64,000 nt of DNA from Carcharhinus longimanus (taxonomy: Eukaryota). Below the pieces are notes generated by a model. It saw only the letters and a program-made list of their open reading frames with translations. It had not been told where the DNA came from and made no database searches. The position numbers and the translations under genes are program-made. Below are positions 11,917 through 24,759 of the stretch, piece after piece. How positions within the stretch are numbered: the stretch's first letter is position 1; every line of letters begins with the position of its first letter. Where the stretch lies: contig JASCQW010000142.1 of NCBI GenBank assembly GCA_030264375.1, forward strand, positions 19,559,763 to 19,623,762, written 5' to 3'.

Positions 11917-12560
11917 ATAAGAAATTGGAGCAGGGATAGACCACACGGCCCATTCATCATTGATTATGATCATGGCCATCTTGGACTTATCTGTACTTTC
12001 CTGTCTGTTCCCCATATCCCTTCATTCCATGAGTGAGCAAAAATCTGTCTATCTCAGCCTTAAATGATGCAAAGTCCAAAATCCTCTGGAATAGAGAATG
12101 CTAAAGATTGTCTTAAAGTACCCTGTGAGGGGAAAGATTTCTCCTCATCTCAGTCCTAAATGATCAGCCCTTTATCCTGAAACTGTGACACACTATTTTA
12201 GATTCACTGATTAATGGGAAGAATTTTCCAACCCTTCACGCTGACGGGATCTTCCAGTCCCACCGATGTGAATGGAGATTTCAATGTCTTGCCAGCCCCG
12301 CTATGGGTTTGGGCTGGAGAATTCCAGTCAATCTCTCAGCTTCCATCCTATCAAGCCCACTCAGAATGTTGCAGGCTTCAATGAGATTGCCTGTCATTCT
12401 TCTAAACTCCAGGGAATATCAGCCCAATTTATCTCTCATCAGAGAACAACCCTGTCATCCCACAGACAAATTTAATGAATAATTGCTGTACTGCCTCAAA
12501 TGCAAGCTTATTCTTTCTTTAATGTGGAGACCAAAACTGCGCACAATATTCCAAATGTAC
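11917..12560 (-). mobile_element. CR1-type LINE 3' fragment containing a MITE
   Basis: ataagaaattggagcagg end; ...ttctaaactccagggaat...ggagaccaaaactgcgcacaatattcc RT C-terminal region. Confidence 0.75.
12216..12329. mobile_element. ~115 bp Harbinger-type MITE
   Basis: Imperfect TIR gggaagaattttcc/ggagaattccagtc; 3-bp TSD aat/aat. Confidence 0.65.
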
Positions 12561-12569
12561 TAAATACAT

Positions 12570-13190
12570 CTGGAATGAAGAGCTTGTTCTATGAGGAATG
12601 GTTGAGGGCCCTGGGTCTATACTTGTTGGAGTTTAGAAGGAGAAGGGGGATCTTATTGAAACTTACAGGATACTACGAGGCCTAAGTAGAGTGGATGTGC
12701 AGAGGATGTCTCCACTGTTAGGAAAAACTAGAACCAGAGGGCACAACCTCAGACTAAAGGGATAATCCCTTAAAACAGAGATGAGGAGGAATTTCTTCAG
12801 CGAGGGATTGGTGAAACTGTGGAGCTCTTTGCCGCAGAAGGCTGTGGAGGCCAGGTCATTGAGTGTCTTTAAGACAGAGATAGATAGGTTATTGATTAAT
12901 ANNNNNNNNNNNNNNNNNNNNNNNNNNNNNNNNNNNNNNNNNNNNNNNNNNNNNNNNNNNNNNNNNNNNNNNNNNNNNNNNNNNNNNNNNNNNNNNNNNN
13001 NCGGTTGGACTAAAACCTGGTGTTGTCAGACTTTTTACTGTGTTTACCCCAGTCCAACGCCGGCACATCCACATTATGGGGAAAAGGCAGGAGAATAGGG
13101 ATGAGAAAAACATCAGCCATGATTGAATGGTGGAGCAGACTCAACGGGCTGAGTGGCCTAATTCTGCTCCTACGTCTTATGGTCATATGG
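12570..13190 (+). mobile_element. CR1-type LINE 3' end interrupted by gap and Penelope end
   Basis: LFYEEWLRALGLYLLEFRR; MRRNFFSEGLVKLWSSLPQKAVEARSLSVFKTEIDRLL; tcttatgg tail. Confidence 0.88.
13002..13076 (+). mobile_element. Penelope-like pLTR end
   Basis: ggttggactaaaacctggtgttgtcagactttttactgtgtttaccccagtccaacgccggcacatccacat. Confidence 0.75.
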
Positions 13191-13652
13191 TCTTTAGGTC
13201 TAAATGCAGCAGATGCATCAAATACTGGTTGAAAAGATATAAATGTTCACTTGGATTAACATTTGAAGCAATGTGTTGTACAAGTCATCCTACGATAGCA
13301 ATTATCTTGAAAATTGAGTTCTTAAATGTCTAAGATAAAACTCCATATCTCGACTGTGTGAAACCTCTTTGCCTAGAATTTACACAGGACTTCTCCCATT
13401 AAGAGTCTGGTGGAACCATTGGAGAAATGGCATGAATGGCCTTAAACTTTTTTGCTTTGTTTCTTCACCACTGATGTGGTGAGAGATTTGAAGAACCTCA
13501 GAATTTCTTTCACCCCTTATTTCAGCTTAGAAAGATAACAGAGTTTTAAAGTTGCATGGACGATAATTCTGAAACAGTAAAGTTTGGATCAATTTCTACC
13601 CAGATATTTTAGGTGCAAAAGAACCACTGAACTAAAGGAAAACATAAAGTTA

Positions 13653-13918
13653 AAAGTTAAATTGAATTTATTCGTCACAAATAAGGCTTCCATTAACACT
13701 GCAATTAAATTATTGTGAAATTCCCCTAGTCGCCACACTCTGGCACCTGTTCGGGTTAATGCACTTAACCAGCACGTCTTTCAGACTGTGGGAGGAAACC
13801 CACGCAGACGTGGGGAGAACATGCAAACTCCACACAGACAGTGACTCAAACCAGGAATTGAACCCAAGTCCCTCGTACTGCAAGGCAGCAGTGCTAACCA
13901 TTGTATCACCGTGCCACC
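13653..13918 (-). mobile_element. V-SINE, alternative-tail subfamily
   Basis: tttattcgtcacaaataaggcttccattaacactgc tail plus V core. Confidence 0.85.
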
Positions 13919-14821
13919 ATATCTTAAACTGCAAAGCTGCTTTAGTCCATGTTTAACAATAGGCGCCATCTTATTAAAAAGGTTAAAGTGCACACTAAGA
14001 ATGGCTGTCTTGAGGGTTGTTAAATGGCTGATTGAAAATTGAGTTTCCTGTAATTCTCATTAAAGCAGCTGCATGGCATGTTAGTGGATAGTGCTTGACC
14101 TGACACCTTCTCTTAAAAGCAACTAGTTAATTGGGAGTAAATCATTCATTGCTGAGAATTTAAAAGTTTAAAGCTTTTACTGTTCATCTGTTTCTCAAGA
14201 TTTCTTTTTAAACACAACACATGACTTTCTGGGACACTTTGTCAAGACTCAATTGACATTTATTCTGGAAATTCTCTGAATGCTTTGCCTAAAAAGAGTA
14301 AGTGCTATGTTACTGTATCTTATTGGACACTTTATAGGAGTCACCAAGAGAATGTTAATCACTAGGAGGCCACTTCAGGAGGTTAAAGAGAAGGAAACAG
14401 GGCAGGCAGAGCACTATCAACTGCTGTCAGAGAAGGGAACAGGAGGGACATGGAGGACAAAGCAAGCTCTTCACTCTCAGCAGGTAGAGGCCAACCCTCT
14501 TCACCTTTTAAAAGTAATTTAGTCATTGGACGTGGCCATCGCTGGCTCTTGAAACCTCCAAGAGTAGAACCAAGAGCCTCTTGGTGACCAGTCTCCCAGT
14601 CCCCGAGCAATCCTGAAACCTACCACCAAATGTCAGCCAAAGAACACCACAACTGCAGAGGAAAATGAGTGGAGCCTACATAGCCTGCTCTATGGAAATT
14701 GCACCCAATCAGTAGTTGAGTGCTAATCTTGCAGTCATCTGATTTAGCACCTCCAGTTAAGTCAACTTCAAATAATGGTAATCAGTAGTTAGGACCAAAA
14801 TAGTGCTCGTTAGTGGGGTTT

Positions 14822-15147
14822 GGCAGTGCGGCACAGCGGTTGGCATTGCTGCCTCACAAAGCCAGGGACCCGGGTTCAATTCCAGCCTTGGGTGACTGTC
14901 TGTGTGGAATTTGTACGCTCTCTCCAAGTCAGAGTGGGTTTCCTCCCACACCCCAAAGATGTGCAGGTTAGGTGGATTGGCCAAGCTAAATTGCCCCTTA
15001 GCGTTCCAAGTTGTGCAGTTTAGGGGGAATTACTGGGGTAAATATATGGAGTTATGGAGATAGGTTCTAGGTAAAATGCGCTCTTGGAGACAGTCAGTGC
15101 AGACTCGATAGGCTAAATGGCCTGCTTCTACACTGTAGTGATTCTAT
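14822..15147 (+). mobile_element. HE1-type V-SINE
   Basis: Head, V core and tail all present. Confidence 0.9.
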
Positions 15148-16614
15148 ATCATTATAATAACATCACAATAGCTGGAATCCAGCCACAGAGGGCTGTCAGC
15201 CTCCCGGCATCCCCCTCCACAATGGAGAACTGGCGACTGTGACCAGTTTTTATTGATGAAATTTTATCCGCTTTGAGAGGTCTCTCTTAGCTGGATCAGG
15301 AATATATACCTTGCCTGGTTGGGCTGCTGCTGTCTTACTATTGTAGGGTCGCATTTTGGTCGTTAGCCTCAGGGACACACCCACCATTCTTAATTAGACG
15401 GTGAACATGTACTCTGGTCACTAATTGGTCAACTTGTCGCATTGGAGTTCTGATGTTGNNNNNNNNNNNNNNNNNNNNNNNNNNNNNNNNNNGAAGTTGG
15501 GTCCTAATCCTGGGACAAAAACTCAGCCTCACCACTTCCAACAATTAATTTGCATTCCCTGTCATTTATCAGTTGTCAAACCTCACAGTGTTCCATTTTA
15601 TGATACATCACACTTCTCTGCTCTTGTGTCTCCTTAGCCTGTTCCAGAACGGCTGCAAAAGAAACTTGATGGGTACTGTCATGCAAAGTAAATATAGTAT
15701 TACTGTCATGCTCCAAGGCAGATTGAGCTCCAAACAGTTTTGACACAGATAGTGTGGCAATCTATTTATTATCACCGCTTAAAAAAACTACTTAGCAAAA
15801 TTCAAGCCACAGTTCAGTATTGCCTTCCTGTGGAATTCTCCGTGTTTTTATTTCAATTATCTCAAGGCTGCCAAAATCCGTGGCACTGACACTTGGTGCA
15901 TTGTGGAATGGTGGTATGGATAAGCATTACAATGAAATTCTCAGCAAGACACTGAGTTATACAATAGTAAACCATTGAATATCATTCTGCTAGATAAGTT
16001 ATGAACAGATTAGTGGCTAGCTAGTGAATAGATTGCTGGGTAAATCTGAGAGAGTTACTGGATTCTTACACATTTCTGTACTATAACCGAGCTGTAACTT
16101 ATGTCTACATCTAAATGGTGTTGAATGGTATCTTATACAAGTTCCTAAATAGAACTCTGGATGTTGTACAGAGCCACATTCTGGTTGAGTTATGGAATGC
16201 AGTGTCGAAGCTGTGAAATAGGATATGTGTCACAGCATGATAACTTGTTTTGTGATTCAATTGTTTGTGGCTATAGTGTGCGTGTGTGTGTGTGCATTGA
16301 TATATATGTGTGACATACCCAGTCAAGAGAGACCTTACACAAAAGGAAACAAACAGCTCTAGGAAATACACAGTTAATGTCTGATTCAATAATGTTTGAA
16401 CAATGCTTTGTAATTTCATTTCTATGAATATCACTCTGTATGTGTGAACAAAAATTAAAGTTTTGAACCTCAACTCATTGCATGACTAAATTTCTATGTG
16501 GCTTGGAATATGAACTTAACAAAATAAGCATGGTGCCATTTATTTTGCCCTCCAATTTACGCCCTTACTCTCCTGAAAATAGTGATTTCTTGTTTCTTCA
16601 AGCTTTGTCATAAA

Positions 16615-16914
16615 ATCATAGAATCCTTTTGCATAGTGCAAAAGGAGTCTGTGCTGACAACAATTCCACCCAGGCCCTATCCCTATAACCCCACTTTTTA
16701 CCCTGTTAATCTCCCTCAGACTAAGTGACAATTTACCCTGGCCACTCAACCTAACCTGTGAATCTTTGTACTGTGGGTGGAAACCAGAACACTCAGAGGA
16801 AACCCACGCAAACAGGGGGAAAACATGCAAACTACACACAGACAGCGACCCAATCCGGGGTTCGAACCTTGGTGCCTGATGATGTGAGGCAGCAGTGGTA
16901 ACCACTGTGCCACC
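16615..16914 (-). mobile_element. HE1-type V-SINE
   Basis: Head, V core and tail on minus strand. Confidence 0.9.
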
Positions 16915-16922
16915 TCAAACAA

Positions 16923-16998
16923 TGGCGCCCAATGTGTGGCTCGAACCCACAATCCTGATATTAAGAGTTTCATTCTCGGCCGATTGAGCTAGTTGCGA
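16923..16998 (-). pseudogene. tRNA-Lys(CTT) retropseudogene with encoded CCA
   Basis: Minus strand ..ctagctcaatcggccgagaatgaaactCTTaatatcaggattgtgggttcgagccacacattgggcg-CCA is colinear with vertebrate tRNA-Lys-CTT; many stem mismatches. Confidence 0.85.
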
Positions 16999-17004
16999 GA
17001 TGAA

Positions 17005-17296
17005 ATCATAGAATTCCTACAGTGTAAAAGGAGGCACAGACAAAAATTCCACCCAGGCTTGTCCCTACAACCCCACGTATTTACCCTGCTAATCCCTCTG
17101 ACACCAAAGTACAATTTAGCATGGCCAATCAACCTAAGATGCACATCTTTGGTCTGTGGGAGGAAGCCAGAGTACCCGGAGGAATCCCATGTAGACACAA
17201 GGAGAACATGCAAACTTCTCACCTGAGGCTGGAATCAAACTCAAGTCCCTGGCACTGTGAGGTTGAAGTACTAACTATTGTTCCACCGTGCTGCCC
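17005..17296 (-). mobile_element. HE1-type V-SINE
   Basis: Head, V core and tail on minus strand. Confidence 0.9.
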
Positions 17297-17922
17297 AAGG
17301 TTTATGTTTAAACCCAGTCAGTGAATATTGGCAGACAAGTGAAAGAAGCATCACTGCTTCCATATTTCAGTCTCAATACAAAACTTTACAGGAAAGATAT
17401 TTGGACAACCATCTGATGTTGTTTGCTACAATTTCCAGTAAGACAATATGATTAAATAAATACTGTGTGACATACGCTCCCTTTTGTGGACACATGGAGA
17501 CAGTTAGAAAGTAGAAGATACCCACCACTATACGCATTTAGGAAACACTAAAGGATCAATAACTAAGACTCTACATGGAATATGAATTTACTGATCCTCT
17601 AATGTGTTGCAAGAGTCTGCATGGAATTAAACATAGTAAAGTGCCATGCAGGTGATGCAGCTTGGTGGAGGGTGGTTGAATTGAGGACAGACTATTTATT
17701 GAGGCTGTTATTCTTTTTGCTCTGAGTCGCTGACATCCTACATGGCCTGGTGAAAACAGGTGAGCTGGAGAGAGTGGTATGAGTGTGCTGGACTGGTACT
17801 TTAATATTGAGCCGGGACCGTCAAACTGAGGGTGGGCAGTCAAATCAGCTCAGCAGGACAGTCAGATGGGAACTCACTTGTGCACAATTAATGAAGCTAA
17901 ATCTGGGGCAGGAATCCACCAT

Positions 17923-18258
17923 TCATAGAATCCATACAGTGCGGAAGGTGGCCATTTGGCCCGTCAGATCTGCACAGATGCTCCAAAAGAGCATCTCATC
18001 CAGATCCATCTCCTACCCTTTCCCTGTAACCCCATGCATTTACCTGACTAATCCCCCAATTTACACACTTTGGGAAACTACAGGGCAATTGATCATGGCC
18101 AATCCACCTAATCTGCACATCTTGGAATGTGGGGGAAACTGAAGCATCCAGAGAAAACCCACGTAGACAAAGAGAGAACGTGCAAACTCCACACAGACGG
18201 GCACCTAAGGCCAGAACTGAACCTGCACCCCTGGTGCTAACCACTGTGCTACCGTGCC
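17923..18258 (-). mobile_element. HE1-type V-SINE
   Basis: Head, V core and tail on minus strand. Confidence 0.88.
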
Positions 18259-18521
18259 AACCCATTCTGGCCAGCAGGGCAGGCACAGCCAGAGGCATCT
18301 GCTACTGCACTTTATATCAAAATGGGAGACTTTTGCCATTTATTTGGCCGGTTGTCTCTCCACTAGCTCATATACTGAAGATTTCATAGTTTACTTTGAA
18401 GTGTCAATGGTCCTGCTTGTCTTTATCAGACCCTTATTTTCATTTGTACAGTGCAGTGCTTCATTTAAGTGTTGCACCATGTTGTGGCAGGATACTAATT
18501 AATTCAGATGGGTCTTTCTTT

Positions 18522-18683
18522 AGATGTGCAAACTTAGGTGGATTGGCTACGCTACATTGCCCCTTGGCATCAGGTGGGGCTAGCTAGGGTAAATGCATTG
18601 GGTTACGGGGATAGGACCTGGGTGATGGGTGGAGACTCGATGGGCCAAATGACCTCCTTCTTCACTGCAGTGATTCTATGATT
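18522..18683 (+). mobile_element. HE1-type V-SINE 3' half
   Basis: agatgtgcaaacttaggtggattggc...gtgattctatgatt. Confidence 0.85.
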
Positions 18684-19547
18684 CCAGATGAATTCCTGAT
18701 ATTGACCAAAGTATTGTGAAGATGGAAGTATCCACTGCACGGTGGGAAGCGGTTGAAAATAAAGGACTGGTCTGACTGAGAAGCTAACATGCCTGTCTCC
18801 TCTGATGGAAAGTTGTTTGCCCCTATTTCATAAGGTTTATTGCAGTGTGAAATTTGATTCTATCTGAGGAACAATTTTAGTTAATCACGAACAATATTGT
18901 TCTATTTTTGCTCCTTCTGGATCAAAGGGAAGTCAAACATCTAACACAGATTGGCTGCACTTATTCTCTGGATTTCTTCTTTCTATCCAATTAAATGGAT
19001 CAGAACAAATGATGACTCTGTGGATTTCTACTCATGTAAAACATTTTCTTCACAGACTTACAATAGAAAAGTGCTGGAATCGTTAAAGATTTGACATCTC
19101 CATCATTTTAGAGTGGCTTTAAAGTACTGGACAATAATTGAACTGCTGAAGGCATTCTACTGATCCACTTTGCTTCCGTTATTTCACTTCTAAATAAAAT
19201 CCAGCTGGTAATTTGATGAAAGTTTATCAGTGTGTTATTTCTCGTTGGTTTTGGCGATGTTACAGATTTAAACCACACTGTTTCAAGTGCATGCGTCACG
19301 AGTTACTTTCATACCTTTTGTATTACTGATAATCAAATTCACTCTCTGCGTGTAGTGTGCTAAGCCCAATCTACTGAGGAGACATGTTTTGGTTCATAAC
19401 AAGCACTTGCTTGCCGACAGAAGCTGACGAGCGATAGAAAGCCCAGATTGTAAGAGTAACATCCTGCCTTCTTGGCTGAGGAACTAGCGCAAACAGACCT
19501 GACAGGAAGCAGAGTTATGGAACGAGGGGGAGGATGGGTTGGGGAGA

Positions 19548-19758
19548 GTGAAATAACTCCTCAGAGGCTGGTGTCTCTTCACCAGATTCCCTTTATTTAC
19601 AAACTCTGTTCCTCTCCTAGACTGCTTCAGGTACAAGGTCAGAATCCAGAGTGCCAGAAAGACCTGACTCTCCCAGTTTTATACAGCGATGAGACTCCCT
19701 GATTCAGGTCATAATTGCTGTCCCAATCAGGGAGCTTATACTCCAAAAGGCTAACCTC
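19548..19758 (-). mobile_element. Putative solo LTR
   Basis: Minus-strand TATAAAA and AATAAA, internal inverted ctccctgatt/aatcagggag; layout like the LTR at 45365-45596. Confidence 0.45.
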
Positions 19759-19955
19759 ATAAGACCATAGGCTATAGAAGCAGAATTAGGCCATTCGGTC
19801 CACCAAGTCTGTTCTGCCATTCGATTGTGGCTGATATTTCCTCAACCCCATTCTCCCACCTTTTCCCTGTAACTTTTGATCCACTTACCAATCAGGAGCC
19901 TATCTATTTCTGTCTTAAATACACTCAATGGCCTGGCCTCCACCACCTTCTGTGC
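19759..19955 (-). mobile_element. CR1-type LINE 3' end
   Basis: cataagaccataggctatagaagcagaattaggccattcgg. Confidence 0.8.
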
Positions 19956-20022
19956 CTCATTAAAGTTATTATTCCAAATATGAGGGAGAACTACAGCAAA
20001 CACTTCCATTCATTGAACAACA

Positions 20023-20591
20023 GGGTGGAATTTCACCAGCTCGCTCCACTCAATGGGCAGAGTGAGCTGGTAAAATTGCACAAGAGCCAAGAAATCAGGA
20101 TCATGCCTGATTTCTCAGCTCTCGTGATTTTACGAGATGCAGATTTCTGGTGCAAGTCAGGGGCGGAGCCAATGGGGGGGGTGTGACGAGGCAGGCTTGC
20201 TGCCACTCTGCATGCGAGGGGGAGCTCAATTTGTCTGGGCAGCACTAGGGAGGCAGCGGGGATAGCATTTTGGGACGTGAGCCTTCGCGATTGCAGAGGG
20301 TGGGGGTGGAGTTAGTTGAGGCTGCCTGAAGTAGCAGGGGCCTGACAGCTTTCCCTCTCTATACTGATAATGCACAAGTGCACTATCAGAGGTCTGCATA
20401 TACGCAATACTTCCCTCGAAAAGGCTGCCTGGTGAGTTAAGCCCCACCCACTATTTCTCTGGCTAGAAAATGACTAGCCCAGAGACAGTATGTAAGCTTG
20501 GGCATGAAATCTTGCCCAAACAGCAAATCTGGAACTCTCCCATTTTCAGACAAGTTTTACACTTAGAAAAAAACCTTGCAAAATTCCACCC
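20023..20591. mobile_element. Harbinger-type non-autonomous element
   Basis: TIR gggtggaattt/aaattccaccc; 3-bp TSD aca/aca. Confidence 0.8.
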
Positions 20592-20779
20592 ACAGTCTCA
20601 ATAATGAATCAACACTCATTAGATATAACTTAAAAATTAAAATTATCCACCCACGATCAGTTATTTTTCCATCCCCCTTTTGAACTTTTGTTCCAACTTG
20701 ACTAAGATTAGACGTGCAACTTGCTAGGTCTATGCCTAAGAAACGTCAGCAGTAAGTGCTTCACGGAAATGACCTGGGG

Positions 20780-21200
20780 TGTCTTGCTCTGCAGTTTTCC
20801 TGCCTGTCTGCCGAGGCGGTCCCATCTCCCACCAGAAACATTGCCATGTCAGCTCAGCTGGGTTTGGGAATCACCGAGATGGATTGTATCCTGCCGTTCA
20901 ATGACAAGGTGCAGTGAAACGCCAATGTGCCATTGGGCCATTATATTTCATTCTTTAACTTAGCTCCAGATAATGTAGCATTAATTAATTGAAATCCATC
21001 GGGGGAAAAAGGCCTGAGTATTAAAGTCAGGATGAAGCTTGAGAGAATATTCACCTAGACGTTTGTAAAATCTCACCCTCCAATCAATTCAAATAAATTC
21101 AATCTATATTATTACACAGATGCCATTAAAAATAGTAATTATGAAAAAAGCCCTCAAATCAAAAGCAATTTAAATCACCCCAGGTAATGTGGAATTGGTA
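20780..21200. promoter_or_regulatory. Candidate conserved non-coding element
   Basis: Unique island with attaattaattg, ccattaaaa and taattatg homeodomain-type motifs. Confidence 0.35.
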
Positions 21201-21905
21201 CTTAGCTGTACCTATTTTTGCTCGGCTTACATATTATTCTATTTCATACAATTATTAAATCAGTTAGACATCTCCATTTGGATAGGAATCCTGCAGGGTT
21301 TATATTCAAGACCTCCAATGATCTCCCTTTTGAAAATCATCTATTGCAACTTTTGCACATGCACCAAGAAATACATGTTTACCAAATGCAACTCTAGAGA
21401 CATGCCTGCTCAGTAAGTCAACATGATATTAGAAATAGTAGCAAACTTATGTCTCCAAATTGTTTTATGAAGTGTGGATCTCACTTCCATTTACAGCAGA
21501 TACCAATTTAGTCCTTCAAAATGATTCAGCTGATCTGCATTGACATCCCACTCAACCAAACTCTCCAAAATGGCAAAGGAAGCATTACTTTTTCTGTTGA
21601 ATGAACTTCAGCAATTCCCTAGGACTAGACCTGAGACCACAAAATAGGTCATTAAAAAGATAGACAAGGGGTTGAATAGTACATATAAACTACTTCTTAG
21701 TTAAAGAAACAAGAAGGTTTGATCGTAGGTCTGTTCTGAATTCAGCCAGGACAATAATTGGGATGATAGAATGGGACGTCAAAGTTCTTGCGCTCCCTAA
21801 GAGAGAGGAAAAAAATATCAGCAGCAAGAGCTTCTTAACTTTTTGCCCAACCTCATATTGACCCTTTTATTTCATGAGCCTTGATTTTGTTAATCAGCTT
21901 TTTAA

Positions 21906-22197
21906 TCATAGAATCCCTACAGTGTAGAAGGAGGCCATTCAGCCCATTGAGCCTATACTGAGAACAATCCCACCCAGGTCTTATCTCTTTAATCCCACAT
22001 ATTACCCAGCTAATCTCCCTGACATTTAGCATGGCTAATCAACCCGACCTTTGGAGGTGGGAGGAAACCGGAGGAAACCCACGCAGACTCAGGGAGAATG
22101 TGTAGACTCCACACAGCCAGTGACCCGAGGCCAGGATTGAACCTAGGTCGCTGGTGCTGAGGCCTCCTTTTGCACTGCAGGGATTCTATGATTCTAT
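21906..22197 (-). mobile_element. HE1 (minus) fused to a plus-strand HE1 tail
   Basis: Minus copy 21906-22162 runs directly into ggcctccttttgcactgcagggattctatgattcta. Confidence 0.85.
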
Positions 22198-22376
22198 ATT
22201 CACCGCTTCTTCTGTTGGCAACCTTGGACGCAAGTCATCCAGAGCATTAGATTCACCTACTCTAATCATAGCCAACCTTTTCAGTACACCTTGCCTATCA
22301 CTTTTTACCCTATCCATTACACCACCATCTCTTACTCTTTTGTCACTGTCTAATGCCCATCCACTCCAGTTCATAG

Positions 22377-22678
22377 TCATTGAATCCCTATAGTGCAGAA
22401 TGAGGCCATTCAGCCCATGGAGCCTGTACCAACAATAATCCCAGCCAGGTATTATCTCCTTAATCCACATATTACCCTGCTAATCCCCTGACACCAAGGA
22501 ACAATTTAGCATGGCCAATCAACCTGATCCACACATCTTTGGAGTGGGAGGAAACTGGAGCACCCAGAGGAAACCCATGCAGACACAGAATATTCAGATG
22601 CCACATAGACAGTGACCCGAGATTTAAATTGAACCTGGATCCCTGGCACTGAGGCAGCAGTGCTAACTGTACTGCCGT
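22377..22678 (-). mobile_element. HE1-type V-SINE
   Basis: Head, V core and tail on minus strand. Confidence 0.9.
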
Positions 22679-22914
22679 CTGGTTGAAAAATATTTATTTG
22701 TGGATAGGGAGTGAGCTGAGCTGTGATATTCACTCCGCTGAACATTCTCCAAGAATTTATAGACTTATGCATTATGAATGGCCACTTGGGTGAAGTAATG
22801 CAGTGTGGCTTTTATACCTTCAACAAGACCTCAAAACAAGTTTCTCATATCATAAGTGTAGAGAAAGGGGACAAGCAGGGTTGTTTTTGGTAGTTGGAAC
22901 TTATCTCACAGTAA

Positions 22915-24670
22915 CAAAGGCAATATATATTTATTTGTAGGGCACTTTGCATCATAGAAATGTTTCTGGGCACTTCACAAGACCACTATAAAGCTAACTT
23001 TGGCATCCAGCCATATAAGGAAATAAGGAAAAGTTAGTAAAAGCTGGGTCAAAGCAGTTGATTTTAAGGTGAGTCTTAATAGAACAAAAAGTAGTAAGTG
23101 TTTGAGAAGTTTTAGACAGAAAGTTCCAGAGCTTAGGGCCTAGGCAGCAAAGGCACAGACACAATGATGAAGGAATGAAAATACGAGAGAGGCCAGAATT
23201 AGAGGAGAACAGATATCTCAGAGGGTCTGGAGGAAATTACAGAAATTAAGTGGAACAAGGCCATGGAGGGATTTGAAAACAAGGGTGAGAATTCTAAAAT
23301 TCAAGGTGAGCAGGCAATGTAGGCCAGCGACTGCAGGGGGATGGGTGAATGGGACTTGGTGCAAGGGCATGGGGGAGCAGGGCTGTGGATGGCTTCAATC
23401 TTAGAGGATAGAATGTGGGAGGCTAACCATCAATATATTGGAATAGTCAAGTTCAGAGGTAAGAAAGGCACAGAAAGGCTTTCAGCCATAGGTGACTTGA
23501 GCCAAGGTAATAGTCGGGAGATGCAGTGGTGTTGGAAAGAGGTGTTCTTCATGATGATGGTGCAGAAATATGGGTACTCCTTGGAATCCCTGGAAAGAGG
23601 GGCAAGAACTTGCAGGGGGGGGGGGTGGCGATAGTTCAAGGGGAGAAGAATGGGAGGTTGGAAATGGGACAGTAGTTTGCAAGGACAGGGAGGGTCAAGG
23701 CTTGAGTTATGAGGAGAGAGATGGTGACAGGAAGTTTGAAGGAGAGATTAACAACACCTAGTGAGAGGAAACTGTTAACAATATAAGCTGGCATGGGAAT
23801 GGACCTACCTTATATTAACCTGAACTTGACTATGACTGTAATACTACATTCTGCACCTTCTCTATGTATGGTATGCTTTGTCTGTATAGCGTGCAAGAAA
23901 CAATACTTTTCACTGTATACCAATACATGTGATAGTAATAAATCAAATCAAATTGAAAAAATAGGAAAGGAATTTGGATGATCAGCAGTTTAACAGGAAT
24001 GAAGTTGAGGGAGCAGGATGAGGAGGGTGAGTTCCATGGGCAATATAAGCTCAAAGATGACTTGAGGTAAGATAAAAGAGAATCTGGGGAATGATGTGAG
24101 ATCAGGACTAGAGTAAGGGGAACTTTGGAAGAAGTTTGGCCTGGTGGGCTAAGGGCAATAAAAGACAAAGAAGCAGCAGATGCTCTTAATTATATAGTGA
24201 CAAAGAAACTACAGAGCTCCTCACACTTATTGTTAGCAGTCAGAGTGCAAGAGGTAAGGTAAAGGGAATTGAGAACTCAATTTTCAATGGAGATAAGGAA
24301 AGCCTAGGTGCTATCACTGCTTGCCATGATCAGCCTGGAATACCGAGCAGTTTTTTGCAAATGAGCCCAGGACTTGGTAATATGTTGTGTGGTCCAACTA
24401 AGTTTTGGGAATGGCTAAAGCATTTGTTCAGCATAATTGTTCAAGGTTGTGCCCCTTGGACTTGAGGAAGTGGACATGAAGTGGACATTGCAGGAATGGT
24501 CAAGGTGAGAGCGATAGAGTGGGGTTTAGCAGAGCTAGGGCATCAAAGGAAGAGATGATGGTTGAATTGATCAAATTAGTATCTGAAAAAAATGTCGTAG
24601 TTAGCAGAGACTCAAAGACCAGACAGATGAGATTTTTATGTAAGCACATTGGAAGAGTTGGACCACAGGC
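22915..24670 (-). mobile_element. Old L2-clade LINE, fragmented
   Basis: L2-like end atttatttgtagggcactt; gttccagagcttagggcctaggcagc; long purine-rich plus strand. Confidence 0.6.
23803..23953 (+). mobile_element. Rex1/Babar-type LINE 3' UTR
   Basis: Homologous to 56670-56838; ends ttcactgtataccaatacatgtgatagtaataaatcaaatcaaat. Confidence 0.75.
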
Positions 24671-24759
24671 ACTTATACTTGTATCTGATTTTATATTAAA
24701 AAAGCACAATACATACAGTATGTCTGATAGCTGTTTGGAAAATACCCAAAAATTGATCA

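Noticed and set aside
11917-13190. Back-to-back CR1 fragments as one twin-primed insertion
   Set aside because: Both carry their own 3' ends and differ in sequence, so they look like two independent insertions
16923-16940. tggcgcccaa as a retroviral tRNA-Lys primer-binding site
   Set aside because: Complementarity covers the whole tRNA and no LTR or gag is adjacent
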